A DNA stretch of 34,186 bases from a virus: the IMG/VR virus record IMGVR_UViG_3300021590_000003, positions 1-34,186 of that record. One strand, written 5' to 3'. The notes under the pieces are model-generated. The model was not told the origin of the DNA and did not search any database. It saw nothing but the letters and a program-made list of their open reading frames with translations. Every line of letters begins with the position of its first letter. The stretch's first letter is position 1. Both the position numbers and the translations under genes were made by a program. Positions 7,999 through 18,396 of this stretch are shown here, piece after piece.

Positions 7999-8769
7999 TT
8001 ATATATTCCCATCTAACAACTTCACCTCATGATAATATTTAACAAGATATTTGAAAGCATTCCATGCTATTGAAATTGTGTCTTCGTTCCAAGTCTTCCA
8101 TTCAAAACCATTATTGTTTTTGTCTAATCGTAATATCCCGACTTTATAGCCGCTATCTTTTGGATGCATGAATTCATAGGCGTATTTGTACGAAGCCAAT
8201 TGAAGGAGCATTTCTGGATAGATACGCTTTGACGTCTTGAAGTCTACGATGTATTTTTCTCCATTGAATTCACATCTAAAATCTAATGTTCCTGCATACT
8301 TGAGTTCCTTGTGATAGACAATTTCTTCATTTCCCAATGCTTTAATATCATGTGAAGATTTCCAATCAAGAAAAGCAGTTATAGATGGATAAGATTCACT
8401 ATCGATAGCATCAAGCAACTCCGAAATGCTTATTTCGGATTTAAATATTAACTCAATGGCTTTATGGACATCCGAACCTAAAGACGCTGCCTTTTCTTTT
8501 ATCTTTTCATGTTCTTGTCTCGCTTCTGTTAGAATTTTATATGCATTTTTTGCATTTAGCTCTATCTTTCCATTTATAACATCATTTAGACGCCTACCGA
8601 GGTATTCGACAGTTGTTTTTACTGCCCATATTTCAATAGCAGGCTTTCTCAATACTGAGAGAATAGTGGTACTTGAAGGATAAATTTCATCTCCTATTTT
8701 GTAATGATGACCCCTTTTCAATCCTATTCTTTTTAGTTCTGCATCTTCTAAAAGCTTTATTTCTTCCAT
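7999..8769 (-). CDS. PD-(D/E)XK exonuclease, phage recombination type
   Basis: YPSSTTIL, GSDVHKAIE, EEIVY..YAGTLD..YIVDFKTSK..LQLASY. Confidence 0.85.
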   Translation of the reverse strand: MEEIKLLEDAELKRIGLKRGHHYKIGDEIYPSSTTILSVLRKPAIEIWAVKTTVEYLGRRLNDVINGKIELNAKNAYKILTEARQEHEKIKEKAASLGSDVHKAIELIFKSEISISELLDAIDSESYPSITAFLDWKSSHDIKALGNEEIVYHKELKYAGTLDFRCEFNGEKYIVDFKTSKRIYPEMLLQLASYKYAYEFMHPKDSGYKVGILRLDKNNNGFEWKTWNEDTISIAWNAFKYLVKYYHEVKLLDGNI

Positions 8770-9029
8770 TACATTTCATTAGTAAGCAAACTACTACAGA
8801 AATGTATTTCGTTAACACTATATTCTGTTCCACATCTTTTACACTTCTTCATAAGTTCAAAATATTTTCTACAATTTGGACAGTATGCGATTGATAAATC
8901 TACTGCTGGAATAAGTATCAGGATAGTTTTGCATATTGGACAGTAAATATCACCTATAATCTTTTCTTTCTTTAATTCTTTCCAATATGTATCTTCTTCT
9001 ATCTTTATTTTGAAACTTTCTTTGCTCAT
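8769..9029 (-). CDS. Multi-CxxC zinc-ribbon protein
   Basis: CPIC, CPNC, CKRC and HFC motifs. Confidence 0.6.
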   Translation of the reverse strand: MSKESFKIKIEEDTYWKELKKEKIIGDIYCPICKTILILIPAVDLSIAYCPNCRKYFELMKKCKRCGTEYSVNEIHFCSSLLTNEM

Positions 9030-9034
9030 TTGGT

Positions 9035-9565
9035 TTAAAATTCTATTTTTACCAGTCTATTAAAATAATCTTCTCTATCTATTTGCTTCGATCCTATTTC
9101 AGAAAAACCTTCTTGCCATAGTTTTAAATAGTCAACACCTAATATCTTCATTTTTTTCCAATCTGGAAAAGTTTCATACATTACTATTCCTAGAAAAGAT
9201 GAAAATGAATCAAGCTTTCGATCACGCCAATCATTAACGAATTTAGAAAATTTTTTGAATTCATCGTAAATAGGCATTGATATCTTGATATATAAGATGA
9301 ATTTCCCTACAGTCTCCCACTTCTTTTTTACATCCATGATCCTGCTATAGAAATATTCTCGCTCATAATCACTATCCACTAAAGAAAACACAAAACAAAA
9401 AGGTGATTTGGTGGTGGATTGGAAGTTTTGAACTAATTGTTTAGGTGGATTAGAAAATATCAAATAGCTTTCCAAATACTCTAATTCAATTCTTACTGGT
9501 TTTGTACATTCAACTACAAACCAAGCAATTTTATTCTTTTTCATTCTTCCTTTGCTGAAGTTCAT
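9035..9565 (-). CDS. Hypothetical protein
   Basis: ORF track, 176 aa, co-oriented. Confidence 0.6.
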   Translation of the reverse strand: MNFSKGRMKKNKIAWFVVECTKPVRIELEYLESYLIFSNPPKQLVQNFQSTTKSPFCFVFSLVDSDYEREYFYSRIMDVKKKWETVGKFILYIKISMPIYDEFKKFSKFVNDWRDRKLDSFSSFLGIVMYETFPDWKKMKILGVDYLKLWQEGFSEIGSKQIDREDYFNRLVKIEF

Positions 9566-9710
9566 AAGTACATATTTTAATTAATCGCTTAAGTTGGTAA
9601 TCTGATAGAGTACTGATGATTTTTCTCTGTATAGCTAAATGATATTGTACTATCAAACCAGAGATATAGTCATTTAATTCTAATATTTATGATTTCCTTA
9701 TCTAAATGTT

Positions 9711-10121
9711 TTAAAAATCTATATCTAATCCTAATTTGAGAGTTGTGACTTCAGGATCTTCTACCTCTTCAATTACTACACCTTGTTCTACATATATTCT
9801 ATCTCCAAAATAAAATTTTATGGCATCTTTATCTTCCCATGCATCTTGAAAGTTAGTAAAATGCCTTTTCGACGCAACTAAACACGGCACAATCCTGTTA
9901 ATTAAATCTCTTTTAGAATAAGAATGCCGAGGTTCGTAAATATTGTATTCGAAAGGAAAAGCAATGGTTTTATATCCTTCAATATATTTATCGTAGACCC
10001 GACCTGCATTGTGCTCCCAAGGAACATCATTCCAGTCATCACCCCACTGCTCCCCATTCCTGCCGAGATAGAATTTAACTAAATTCCCTTTTCGTTCCCA
10101 ATCAATTATTTCTTTGTTCAT
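9711..10121 (-). CDS. Hypothetical phage protein
   Basis: ORF track, 136 aa, WGDDWNDVPWEHNAG motif. Confidence 0.65.
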   Translation of the reverse strand: MNKEIIDWERKGNLVKFYLGRNGEQWGDDWNDVPWEHNAGRVYDKYIEGYKTIAFPFEYNIYEPRHSYSKRDLINRIVPCLVASKRHFTNFQDAWEDKDAIKFYFGDRIYVEQGVVIEEVEDPEVTTLKLGLDIDF

Positions 10122-10785
10122 TTTCTACAAAAATCCTCTTAACATTTTGCATAATTTTAGAATTAGAATCTTTTGAAATTTCTATGATTTTTTCAATTGT
10201 CTTGTATAATGAAAGTAATTTAACAGCTGTATTATATCCTATTCCTGGTACACTCATAAGCGTTTGAATCCTAAGCTCAGTCCATGATTTATTTTTCTTT
10301 TTTACTACAGGCTTGGGAGTATAGTTATGAGTATCTGTTAATCGTTTGAAATAAGTATAGAAATATTCAGATGCCTCTGCTTTATCAAATTCTCTCCATA
10401 TAATTCCATTAGCATCTAATGCTGCTTTTGCTCCTAGTATCGAATTCACTAATAGCTTTGGATTACGACTATATTTAAGTTCTTTTAGTTTCTCATATTC
10501 ATTAGTATCAATCCACACAAAAACTCCATTAGAATAAGCTTCTTTTGCTTGATATAACTTATTCCAAAAATCTTCTTTCCTGATGCTCTGAGCGAAATCA
10601 TTAAAGGTCTTTCGTTCTATTAAGCAACCATCAAAAACTATATCCCCTAACTCTAATTTTTTAATTTCTACTGGAAAATCAGATTGCCAATTGAACAGAT
10701 GCTGTACATCTTTATTTTGTTCACGTGAATCTATATAAATAATTTTATTCTCATTATTCAGGACTTCTACTTCTTTTTTCATCAT
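10102..10785 (-). CDS. ERCC4 (XPF/Mus81/Hef-type) structure-specific nuclease with C-terminal HhH
   Basis: IYIDSREQ, LELGDIV, IERKTFNDF (ERK motif) and SVPGIGYNTA (HhH). Confidence 0.9.
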   Translation of the reverse strand: MMKKEVEVLNNENKIIYIDSREQNKDVQHLFNWQSDFPVEIKKLELGDIVFDGCLIERKTFNDFAQSIRKEDFWNKLYQAKEAYSNGVFVWIDTNEYEKLKELKYSRNPKLLVNSILGAKAALDANGIIWREFDKAEASEYFYTYFKRLTDTHNYTPKPVVKKKNKSWTELRIQTLMSVPGIGYNTAVKLLSLYKTIEKIIEISKDSNSKIMQNVKRIFVENEQRNN

Positions 10786-11137
10786 CTTTCAAATGACCCT
10801 TGTTTTCAAATGGATTACGTAAGAGAACTACATCTGGAGCAAGACGCGATCGAACTTCTGCACGAGTTAACATATATGGAGAATCCACGCTATCTACTTT
10901 AACTTCAGGAAAGGCGTAAGAGCCATACCACAGTGGTATATCATTATAGGGAACTTTATTATTCAATTGCGGTTCTGGTTTATCCACACATTCAGGACAA
11001 CGAGTTGTTGCATAGGTTTTATTGTTTTTATTATCATGAAACAACACTAAACAATGAGCAGTCCTACCGCATAAATTACATAGAGGATAATCATATTTAG
11101 TCATTTTTATTTTAGAGTCCGAAAATCCTAACTTCAT
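10754..11137 (-). CDS. Hypothetical protein with CxxC pairs
   Basis: CNLC ... CPEC. Confidence 0.55.
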   Translation of the reverse strand: MKLGFSDSKIKMTKYDYPLCNLCGRTAHCLVLFHDNKNNKTYATTRCPECVDKPEPQLNNKVPYNDIPLWYGSYAFPEVKVDSVDSPYMLTRAEVRSRLAPDVVLLRNPFENKGHLKDDEKRSRSPE

Positions 11138-11518
11138 ATATCTATATTATTTCTATTTTCGCTTGATGAGACTGCTCAAAATATTTACTCTTACCTTCAA
11201 AATTATATAATGTGGTATCAGCCATTACTTGAATCAAACTTCTGGTGTCTTTTGCTATAAGTCTCTCGGCTCTATCTTCATACTCTATAATCAATATATA
11301 CTCATCTTCGTTTTTATAAATTATGAATTTTAGCATTTCTCTTACGCCTCACTTTCTTTAAAAAATCTGCTATCTTATCCCATTCATTCCAATATAAAAA
11401 TACGACGCTAATATCATTTAGTGATCTATCATCTATAATCAGCTCAATCAATTGATCAGTAGCCATTACTGAAATATCAGTATTTTCTTTTCCTTTAAAT
11501 TTAAGGATTTCTCGCATA

Positions 11519-11770
11519 TTACTCCTCGTAAATAATAATATTCGTCAGCCTTGATTTTCTGATTCCAATTTTACATTGATAATCTCCTTCACAACTCTCA
11601 CAATGTCCATCTACTGTAACGAATCCAATATCGCTATCTAAATTATTTGGTACATACTCTCCAACATCTATGAAACTACTCTCATCAGAAACAACATAAT
11701 ACTTCAATAGATGATTTTCAGTATTACAAAAAGGACATTTGTGTTTTACATGCAGCCATAACCACGACAT
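11519..11770 (-). CDS. Small zinc-binding protein
   Basis: CPFC ... CESC. Confidence 0.6.
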   Translation of the reverse strand: MSWLWLHVKHKCPFCNTENHLLKYYVVSDESSFIDVGEYVPNNLDSDIGFVTVDGHCESCEGDYQCKIGIRKSRLTNIIIYEE

Positions 11771-12239
11771 TTATTCATACCAAAGTTCTTTGATTTCTAC
11801 TAAACCCACTCCAAATATTATGAATATCCAAGCAAGAAACAATGGAAATTCAGTATCCCAGTATTTTAGCATTAAAACTATTCCAAGGATAGTAATAATT
11901 TTCCCGAGATATCTAAATGGAAAATGTTTCCATGTCATTCTTTAATCATGATATCCTTTAAATAATTATAAGTACGAGCTGGTAAGTATTTGCGCAGGAT
12001 GTTAGCAAGCAATTGTGCTTCTCTCATGAAGACTGAATTATGCTGATAACTGAAAAGCATTGGCGAGATTCTTACGTAGATATCTTCATTTAGTAATCTT
12101 GTTCCTGTTATTTGGAATTCCTGAGTCATCCATGTCCTCCTTAATTTGTTTTATTTTGTTATTTATATCATTTAGAGTCTTAAATGCACTATCTAATTTA
12201 TTCTCGATTTTCTTTATTATCTTTTCTACCATATATCGG

Positions 12240-12527
12240 TTATGTCTGAGAGGGATTTGGTATTGGATCTTTATAAATAGACTTAATATCGAGATCATCA
12301 TCAAGACTCTCTATCAATTCCATGAGGCTTCTTTCATTTGACTCCAATTCTTTCTTCGTTTTTCTATAATCTTTACAATACCTTTGAAGTTCTTTTATTG
12401 TGCTATTTATCAGCATCTCATTATCTCTTAAATCTTTAAGTAATTCCACTCGTTCCCAGATGATATCCTCAATCTTTTCTTTAAACTCATCACTCAACCT
12501 TTTTTTTTGAACCCATTTTTTTTTCAT
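12240..12527 (-). CDS. Coiled-coil protein, paralogue of 12540..12836
   Basis: Heptad pattern; ERxEL..ExNER..EL.E......DI...Y shared without gaps. Confidence 0.65.
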   Translation of the reverse strand: MKKKWVQKKRLSDEFKEKIEDIIWERVELLKDLRDNEMLINSTIKELQRYCKDYRKTKKELESNERSLMELIESLDDDLDIKSIYKDPIPNPSQT

Positions 12528-12539
12528 TCATATTCGTTT

Positions 12540-12836
12540 TCATCTATATAAATTCTCAATATCACATTCCTTTTCGATAGTCTCCACTAATTCATTTACC
12601 TTTCGTTCATTCAATTCCATTGCACTCTCTATTTTCTTAATCTCCTCGTAAACATCTTCAGCTTCGTCTTTTATATCTTTCATTTGTAATTGCAATTCTT
12701 CTAAATTTTGGCGTAGTTCTTTACGTTCACGAATAAGTTTTAAAATTTCTTTCATGATTTCATCCTTCTTATTATCTCTGAAGCCCATTAGTCTATTCAA
12801 TCTTGCTCTTAATTTCATCCAATATTGTTTTAGCAT
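12540..12836 (-). CDS. Coiled-coil protein, paralogue of 12240..12527
   Basis: Same motif spacing as its downstream neighbour. Confidence 0.65.
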   Translation of the reverse strand: MLKQYWMKLRARLNRLMGFRDNKKDEIMKEILKLIRERKELRQNLEELQLQMKDIKDEAEDVYEEIKKIESAMELNERKVNELVETIEKECDIENLYR

Positions 12837-13302
12837 CCATATTACGAGGTCTTTTTATTGTACATGAATACTTGATTGTACTCTCGCTACCTATTTTAAT
12901 TCTTAAATCTATACCTACTTCCCGATAATCTGTCGAGGGAACTTTAACTTCTTCGCGGTTTTCTTGTGGATATTTAACATATAGATACTCTAAACCATGA
13001 GTGTCAAAGATGCTGAGTATATCTGTATGAATTGCAGGCTTTTCACCAGGCGCTCCTATATACACAAAACGTCTTGGTGGTGGAGTAACAATCGCACGTG
13101 GATAAGCATGTAGACTTTGAATCCATGCTATTGCATACTTTTCCTTTTCATCCACCTTACAAAGGTAGGGAACATTGGATTGCGGAGTGGTAGGATCAGC
13201 GCGGTGTAATATAGCTATCTTTCCGTTAGCAAGTCTTGAAATCCAATTCTTATCGTCCTTATCTCTATGAAATACCAAAACCTGAGTATCTTTATCTTCC
13301 AT
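12793..13302 (-). CDS. Hypothetical protein
   Basis: ORF track, 169 aa. Confidence 0.6.
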   Translation of the reverse strand: MEDKDTQVLVFHRDKDDKNWISRLANGKIAILHRADPTTPQSNVPYLCKVDEKEKYAIAWIQSLHAYPRAIVTPPPRRFVYIGAPGEKPAIHTDILSIFDTHGLEYLYVKYPQENREEVKVPSTDYREVGIDLRIKIGSESTIKYSCTIKRPRNMDAKTILDEIKSKIE

Positions 13303-13307
13303 TTTTC

Positions 13308-14087
13308 TTATAACACATAAATATTTTTACGTTCACTTTTTAACTTGAAAAGATAGGGTTTAACATATACATTATTATCAATATCTATACTCAGAAGGAC
13401 GGCACCTATATCAGGTTGTCTGAAATACCATCGTGTAACGAACCTGCCTTTTCTAATCGCATTCCAACCAGGAATATAAATAAAATGTTTACCATAGATC
13501 GCAAAATAACTAAAGATATGAAAATGTGCGCGTATAATCACAGAAACTTCAGGCATCTTCAGTAAGTGCTCAGTTAGGATAGCATTGAACACATCCTGAT
13601 TCATGCGAGTGCCTGTGTAGATGGGTCTTGATCCTATACCATGTGCGATATTAATCACAACATCTGTACCTTTCAATCGAATATTACTTATAGCACCGCC
13701 AAATTTGGCGTGTAGAACTTCTGCTAGTCCTCTATCTATATCATAATCAATGGAAGAGTGATAGCGACTACCTGTAATTACTACTACCTTTTTCCCTTTA
13801 GTTAATGGTTTTAATAGTTTAATTGCACACTGAAGTTGATCATGTAAATCACAATCAATCACATCTTTACCGAAATCTTTTGAACCCAGTCCATGAGTAA
13901 TATCACCTAACAAAAATACGGCTTCATAATCTGGTAGTTTTTCTTGCAAAAGAAGCCACTTTTCATATAATTCTTCCTGTAACGGAGATAATTTTATCTT
14001 TTGACCTTCTCTTGTAACAAAATCCGGATGCCATAATCCTTCTGTACTACCGCAATGCAAATCTCCTAATAAAAGAATATTTCTCAT
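13308..14087 (-). CDS. Calcineurin-like metallophosphoesterase
   Basis: GDLHCG, LLGDITHG, ITGSRYH, IAHG and RAHFH metal-binding motifs. Confidence 0.85.
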   Translation of the reverse strand: MRNILLLGDLHCGSTEGLWHPDFVTREGQKIKLSPLQEELYEKWLLLQEKLPDYEAVFLLGDITHGLGSKDFGKDVIDCDLHDQLQCAIKLLKPLTKGKKVVVITGSRYHSSIDYDIDRGLAEVLHAKFGGAISNIRLKGTDVVINIAHGIGSRPIYTGTRMNQDVFNAILTEHLLKMPEVSVIIRAHFHIFSYFAIYGKHFIYIPGWNAIRKGRFVTRWYFRQPDIGAVLLSIDIDNNVYVKPYLFKLKSERKNIYVL

Positions 14088-14278
14088 AAAATAATCTCAT
14101 TTACTTTTTCATAATCTATTTTTATTTTTTCTTTTGTTAATCCAAGTGAACTTGCTTTCTTCTGTATGGCATTGATAGTGCGATGAGGCAAGTGTCGTTC
14201 TTTAATAATCTTTGCAGTAATATCAGGTTTCTTCCATAAGGATTTTAATATTTCTATTTCCTCTTCACTCCAAAACAT
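14084..14278 (-). CDS. Myb/SANT-like helix-turn-helix protein
   Basis: WSEEEIEILK..RTINAIQKKASSLGL. Confidence 0.65.
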   Translation of the reverse strand: MFWSEEEIEILKSLWKKPDITAKIIKERHLPHRTINAIQKKASSLGLTKEKIKIDYEKVNEIIL

Positions 14279-14285
14279 TTTTTTT

Positions 14286-14692
14286 TTATTTGATAATACC
14301 TACCTCAATATTCGTCTCAAATAACCAAAGGTGCATTCCAGCAAGTGCGTCTTCAAGTCTTCGATCACGTCGACCGACTTCACCGATTTCTGACTTATAA
14401 GATACTTCATAACCACTTGCATTTTTCGAAATAGAAAATAAAAATAATCTCCTAAGAATGTGATAGAATGTGGCATTTTTTCAATCAGTTGAGTGCTTGT
14501 ATAGGTAGACACCCTTTCTTTAATTCTGGAACGATGTTTTTCATAATCGTATTCACCTATTACGCAATCACTATATCCATCATCCCATACACGCCAATAA
14601 AAAGGAGTAGGGTACTTTATATTCAGTTCTTTTAGTTTTCTTGCAAGTGCTAAAGAAACAACAATATCTTCGAGATGATATTCCGAATACAT
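14286..14692 (-). CDS. Hypothetical phage protein, frameshifted at an A-run near 14425
   Basis: The alternative frame after FRK reads NASGYEVSYKSE..LEDALAGMHLWLFE..IIK*, ending just before the next start codon. Confidence 0.5.
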
Positions 14693-14920
14693 TTTTTTTT
14701 TCGATATTTAGTTTGCATTGATCCTGTTATTGTCTTATATTATTCTTGATTTATTTGTTTCTCCAATTCATTTAAGCGCTTCTTCATCTGATCAATATTT
14801 TCAAAGGCATCATTAAGGAGTCCATCATGAAGTTTGCTATCTTCTTCCAAATTTTCTATGCGTTTTACAAAATCTTCTAAGTCTAATGGAGTTATAACTT
14901 CTATTTTCATTCTTTTGTCT

Positions 14921-15175
14921 TTATTGTTTTTTCATATTGCTTTCAGCTATCTTTAATTCTCTTGATACATCATCACGGAGTTTATACAATCTCCTTTCTA
15001 TTTTTGGAAGACAATTGAGAATATCTGTAAGTTTTTCATATTCATATTGTAATAAATTAACTTTCATAACTGTTTTTTGTTCATCAGTGAGATTTGCAGT
15101 AGACTTATTTATTTTCTGGAGAATATCTTCAATAGTTATTATCTCTATTTCATGACCATCTATCTGGCAAGTCAT
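14921..15175 (-). CDS. Hypothetical coiled-coil protein
   Basis: ORF track, 84 aa. Confidence 0.55.
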   Translation of the reverse strand: MTCQIDGHEIEIITIEDILQKINKSTANLTDEQKTVMKVNLLQYEYEKLTDILNCLPKIERRLYKLRDDVSRELKIAESNMKKQ

Positions 15176-15181
15176 TTTTTT

Positions 15182-15478
15182 TTACATCAAGAAATGTTTA
15201 ATTTCATCTTTACACATATCGCAGATTTCACCTTCTTTTATTTCTCTCCCACAAGCACGACAGACATTTTGTTCCTCACAATCAATGAGTCTATAATAAT
15301 TCAAATAAGATCCTTCGAAAGGCTTATCATGCATTGAATGAGGTACAAAATATACTTTACGTTTAAATCTGTCTATACTTACTATTCTACATCGAAGATT
15401 TGACCAGAGTATCTCATCATCCTCTTTCAACTGTTCCAATTTTACAACTTCGATTTTTGCCGTTTTAACTATTTTCAT
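15182..15478 (-). CDS. Hypothetical protein with C-terminal zinc finger
   Basis: CRACG..ICDMC. Confidence 0.6.
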   Translation of the reverse strand: MKIVKTAKIEVVKLEQLKEDDEILWSNLRCRIVSIDRFKRKVYFVPHSMHDKPFEGSYLNYYRLIDCEEQNVCRACGREIKEGEICDMCKDEIKHFLM

Positions 15479-15843
15479 TTTAAGTATCTAACTCGGCTTC
15501 TAACCAACAATCTGGACAAATTTCCCAAACCTCTGCAAACTCACAACCCATATCATCATTGCATTCATACACAAATTTCTTACCGCACAATGAGCAACTT
15601 TTTTCTATTTTCATTTCAACTGTTTTCAGATATAAAACAATATTTCAATCTATTATAATTCTATCTCCGGATAATTCATTCTTCATTAGTGTTCTAAATG
15701 GTTATATTTCCTTACTTCTTCAACGAATTTCATCATTTCATCCCAATCTTTCCATCTCAAAGAAATTGAATCTGTATCTTGATACAATGTTACTCCATCC
15801 CATGCAATAATAACATTCACTCCATGAGACAATTTAATTATTT

Positions 15844-16200
15844 TCATTCTTCTTCATCAATTTCTAAATATAAAATATTATTTCTAATTTGCCAGCTTTT
15901 TATTTCTGGATGGTCAGTGAGAAGTCTATGAATAATTTCTATTTCTTCTTTTGATAAAACTCTATCTGCATAATTTCCAAATATTGTAAAAGCACTACTG
16001 ATTTCATCTTCATTAAGAGCTCTGTTATAGACTTCAACGCTATCGAATACCACGTTTCCGTCATAATAGCCAATTAAATGCCATTCTCCATCAGCTGGAA
16101 TTTCGATATTATCATCTCTACCATTGAAATTAATACGAATTTGAAGATTTAGTCCTTCTTCATGTGCTGTAAATGCATTTTGTTGTTCGCTCATATCCAT
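15844..16200 (-). CDS. Hypothetical acidic protein
   Basis: ORF track, 118 aa; VEVYNRALNEDEI recalls the tail of LamG-like domains (weak). Confidence 0.5.
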   Translation of the reverse strand: MDMSEQQNAFTAHEEGLNLQIRINFNGRDDNIEIPADGEWHLIGYYDGNVVFDSVEVYNRALNEDEISSAFTIFGNYADRVLSKEEIEIIHRLLTDHPEIKSWQIRNNILYLEIDEEE

Positions 16201-16582
16201 TCTTCTTCAGATGCAAAATAATGCGATTTAACGAAATGTTTTTAAGTGGGTATAGTAAAATATCTAATAAACGAAAAAACTCGTATGAACATTAAATATG
16301 TGCGTCTGATACAGTTTCTTATATATAGTCTGTGAGTAGTTATTCATCTTCATCCATTTCTTCCCGCATATTTTATAATTACCGTCTGAACGAAGATATA
16401 ACCTTATCCAACTGTCATCGTAAGGGAGATAGGTTTCAGGAACATCAAAGTAAGCAAGTCTAACATTCGGCATACGAGGACTTAAACCGTATAGTTCTGC
16501 AACTCGATAAGGGAGTACAAAGTGAACATCTCCATCTCTACATTCTACGTAACCACCAAAAACAAGAAATTTTTCTTTTCTT

Positions 16583-17452
16583 TCATTCTTGTAATAAACT
16601 TTTATTCCACTCTATTCTTGTACCATCACTCGTAATATATACATCAGCTACTACCGTATCCTTTGCTAAATCACGACAGCCCCATGCACTTAATATTGAA
16701 TGAGTCATTGTAGGTGTCCGCTCTTTAGCTTCCATGAAAAGAATCGTTTTTGCAATATATTTGCTCTTACCTCCAAAAGGAGTAATATCACTTTTCTTCT
16801 TGAATGGTGTAGATGTATTCATCTCTGATGCCATTTGATTTGTCACAATAGCAAAGCCACCGGTTCTGAAACACCATTTTTTGAGTGTTCCAAATATATC
16901 CGCCATCATTAATAGGGCTTCACCTCGCTCCTTCATTGACATCTCTGCGAATGTAATTAGAATAGGCATACCGATAGAATCCAAAATTACGATATCTATA
17001 CTGTCATCGAGATTGTCAACGAGTTCTTTAAGTGCGAGAGTATCCAAGCACACAACATAATTATCACCAAGCATCAGTCTATCTTTTGCTGAAATGTTGC
17101 GCTCAGTATCAATATACAAAGGAGTATCTCCTTCCATCATCGCCTCCTTTGCTAATTGGGTTGCAAGTTTTGATTTTCCTGCTCTTGTATCTCCGAATAT
17201 TTGCACCACATCTCCATCACCGAACAATTCGCGCATTAATTTTAAACTCTTAAGTTCTTTCTTACCTTCTGTAAGACTCTCACCAAATCTCTTTGTTAGT
17301 TTCCTTTCTTTTGAGCGTTTCTTTGTAAATTCTGTTTGACACTTATAACATAGTTTTTTACCACCGAAAGCTTTAGGATTCTCTTCAAGATACTTTATAA
17401 CCTTTTCACTTAACTTCTTTCCACAATTTTCGCATTCAACTTCTGATTCCAT
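16583..17452 (-). CDS. RadB/RadA-like RecA-fold ATPase with N-terminal zinc finger
   Basis: Walker A GDTRAGKS, LYIDTE, Walker B VILDS, IVTNQ, PFGG; N-terminal CENCG..GKKLCYKCQ. Confidence 0.85.
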   Translation of the reverse strand: MESEVECENCGKKLSEKVIKYLEENPKAFGGKKLCYKCQTEFTKKRSKERKLTKRFGESLTEGKKELKSLKLMRELFGDGDVVQIFGDTRAGKSKLATQLAKEAMMEGDTPLYIDTERNISAKDRLMLGDNYVVCLDTLALKELVDNLDDSIDIVILDSIGMPILITFAEMSMKERGEALLMMADIFGTLKKWCFRTGGFAIVTNQMASEMNTSTPFKKKSDITPFGGKSKYIAKTILFMEAKERTPTMTHSILSAWGCRDLAKDTVVADVYITSDGTRIEWNKSLLQE

Positions 17453-18012
17453 TATCCTACTACTCGATTAACAACTGATTCTATAACCGCTTCAGGAACC
17501 TCCAAACCTTCTACTTTGAGATATTCTTTGACCCACAAAGATACATTCTCTTTTGGAATATTTCCACTGGATATTACTTTTTTCACTATATCTTCAATCT
17601 TACTCTCATCTACTATTTCTGGTTCTTTTGCAGGCTTTCTATATACGACCTCATAGTTATAATTCCCCATACTTGTGATCGTAAACACACTCCCCCTCAT
17701 ATCAAGAGGGTTCCCACCAGCATTCTCTACAACTCTCCACATCTGCGTTGCCAATCCTGAATTAAGCTTGAATGCTTTCTTTCTATCATCCTTCAAATCT
17801 CGTACCAATATCTGTGGCTGTGTCCAATCTACCGTCCTATCATCCAATCCTGTTTCTCCCTCATATACCTGCGTAAAAGTGTCATCAAGAATCTCTATGT
17901 GTATCTCTTCTCCTCTGTTTTTAGGTGGAAATATAAATCCTATTCTTTTCTCACGCTCTTCTACTTCTCTTCTTGCCTCTTCAAATACCCCTCTATCCCA
18001 TTTTCTTGCCAT
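17452..18012 (-). CDS. Putative single-stranded DNA-binding protein
   Basis: Beta-rich core with aromatic residues, directly upstream of the recombinase; inferred from context and composition. Confidence 0.45.
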   Translation of the reverse strand: MARKWDRGVFEEARREVEEREKRIGFIFPPKNRGEEIHIEILDDTFTQVYEGETGLDDRTVDWTQPQILVRDLKDDRKKAFKLNSGLATQMWRVVENAGGNPLDMRGSVFTITSMGNYNYEVVYRKPAKEPEIVDESKIEDIVKKVISSGNIPKENVSLWVKEYLKVEGLEVPEAVIESVVNRVVG

Positions 18013-18030
18013 TTTTAATTCATCCCTCCT

Positions 18031-18396
18031 TCAATAATATTTAGGTAAAAATTTATCTTTTATTTTAAATAAAGGTATTCTTATTCTTTTACCTTCTAAT
18101 AGTTCTCTCATTTCATCTAACCTTAAAACATCAGGAGCTAATGCTGAAGTTACATAAGCAATATCTCCTGAGTGCCATAAATACCTGACTGGTTTTTCCC
18201 AATCTATTTCGTTTCGCGGTATATTGACTATCTCAAATCGAGTATTCTGACAATGAATGCATCGCCATAATTCGTTAGACTGACATTCATGAAAGGTCTC
18301 TTGTTTACAGTAATTACAATACATTTCTTTTACAATCATATTAAATCTTCCAAATTTAGTATTTTCTTTTTTCTTAAAGGACATGATGGTAAACAA
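18031..18396 (-). CDS. Zinc-ribbon hypothetical protein
   Basis: CNYCKQETFH..CIHC. Confidence 0.55.
   Translation of the reverse strand: MFTIMSFKKKENTKFGRFNMIVKEMYCNYCKQETFHECQSNELWRCIHCQNTRFEIVNIPRNEIDWEKPVRYLWHSGDIAYVTSALAPDVLRLDEMRELLEGKRIRIPLFKIKDKFLPKYY

Noticed and set aside
7999-8769. Cas4
   Set aside because: Lacks the conserved four-cysteine Fe-S pattern; treated as a generic PD-(D/E)XK exonuclease.
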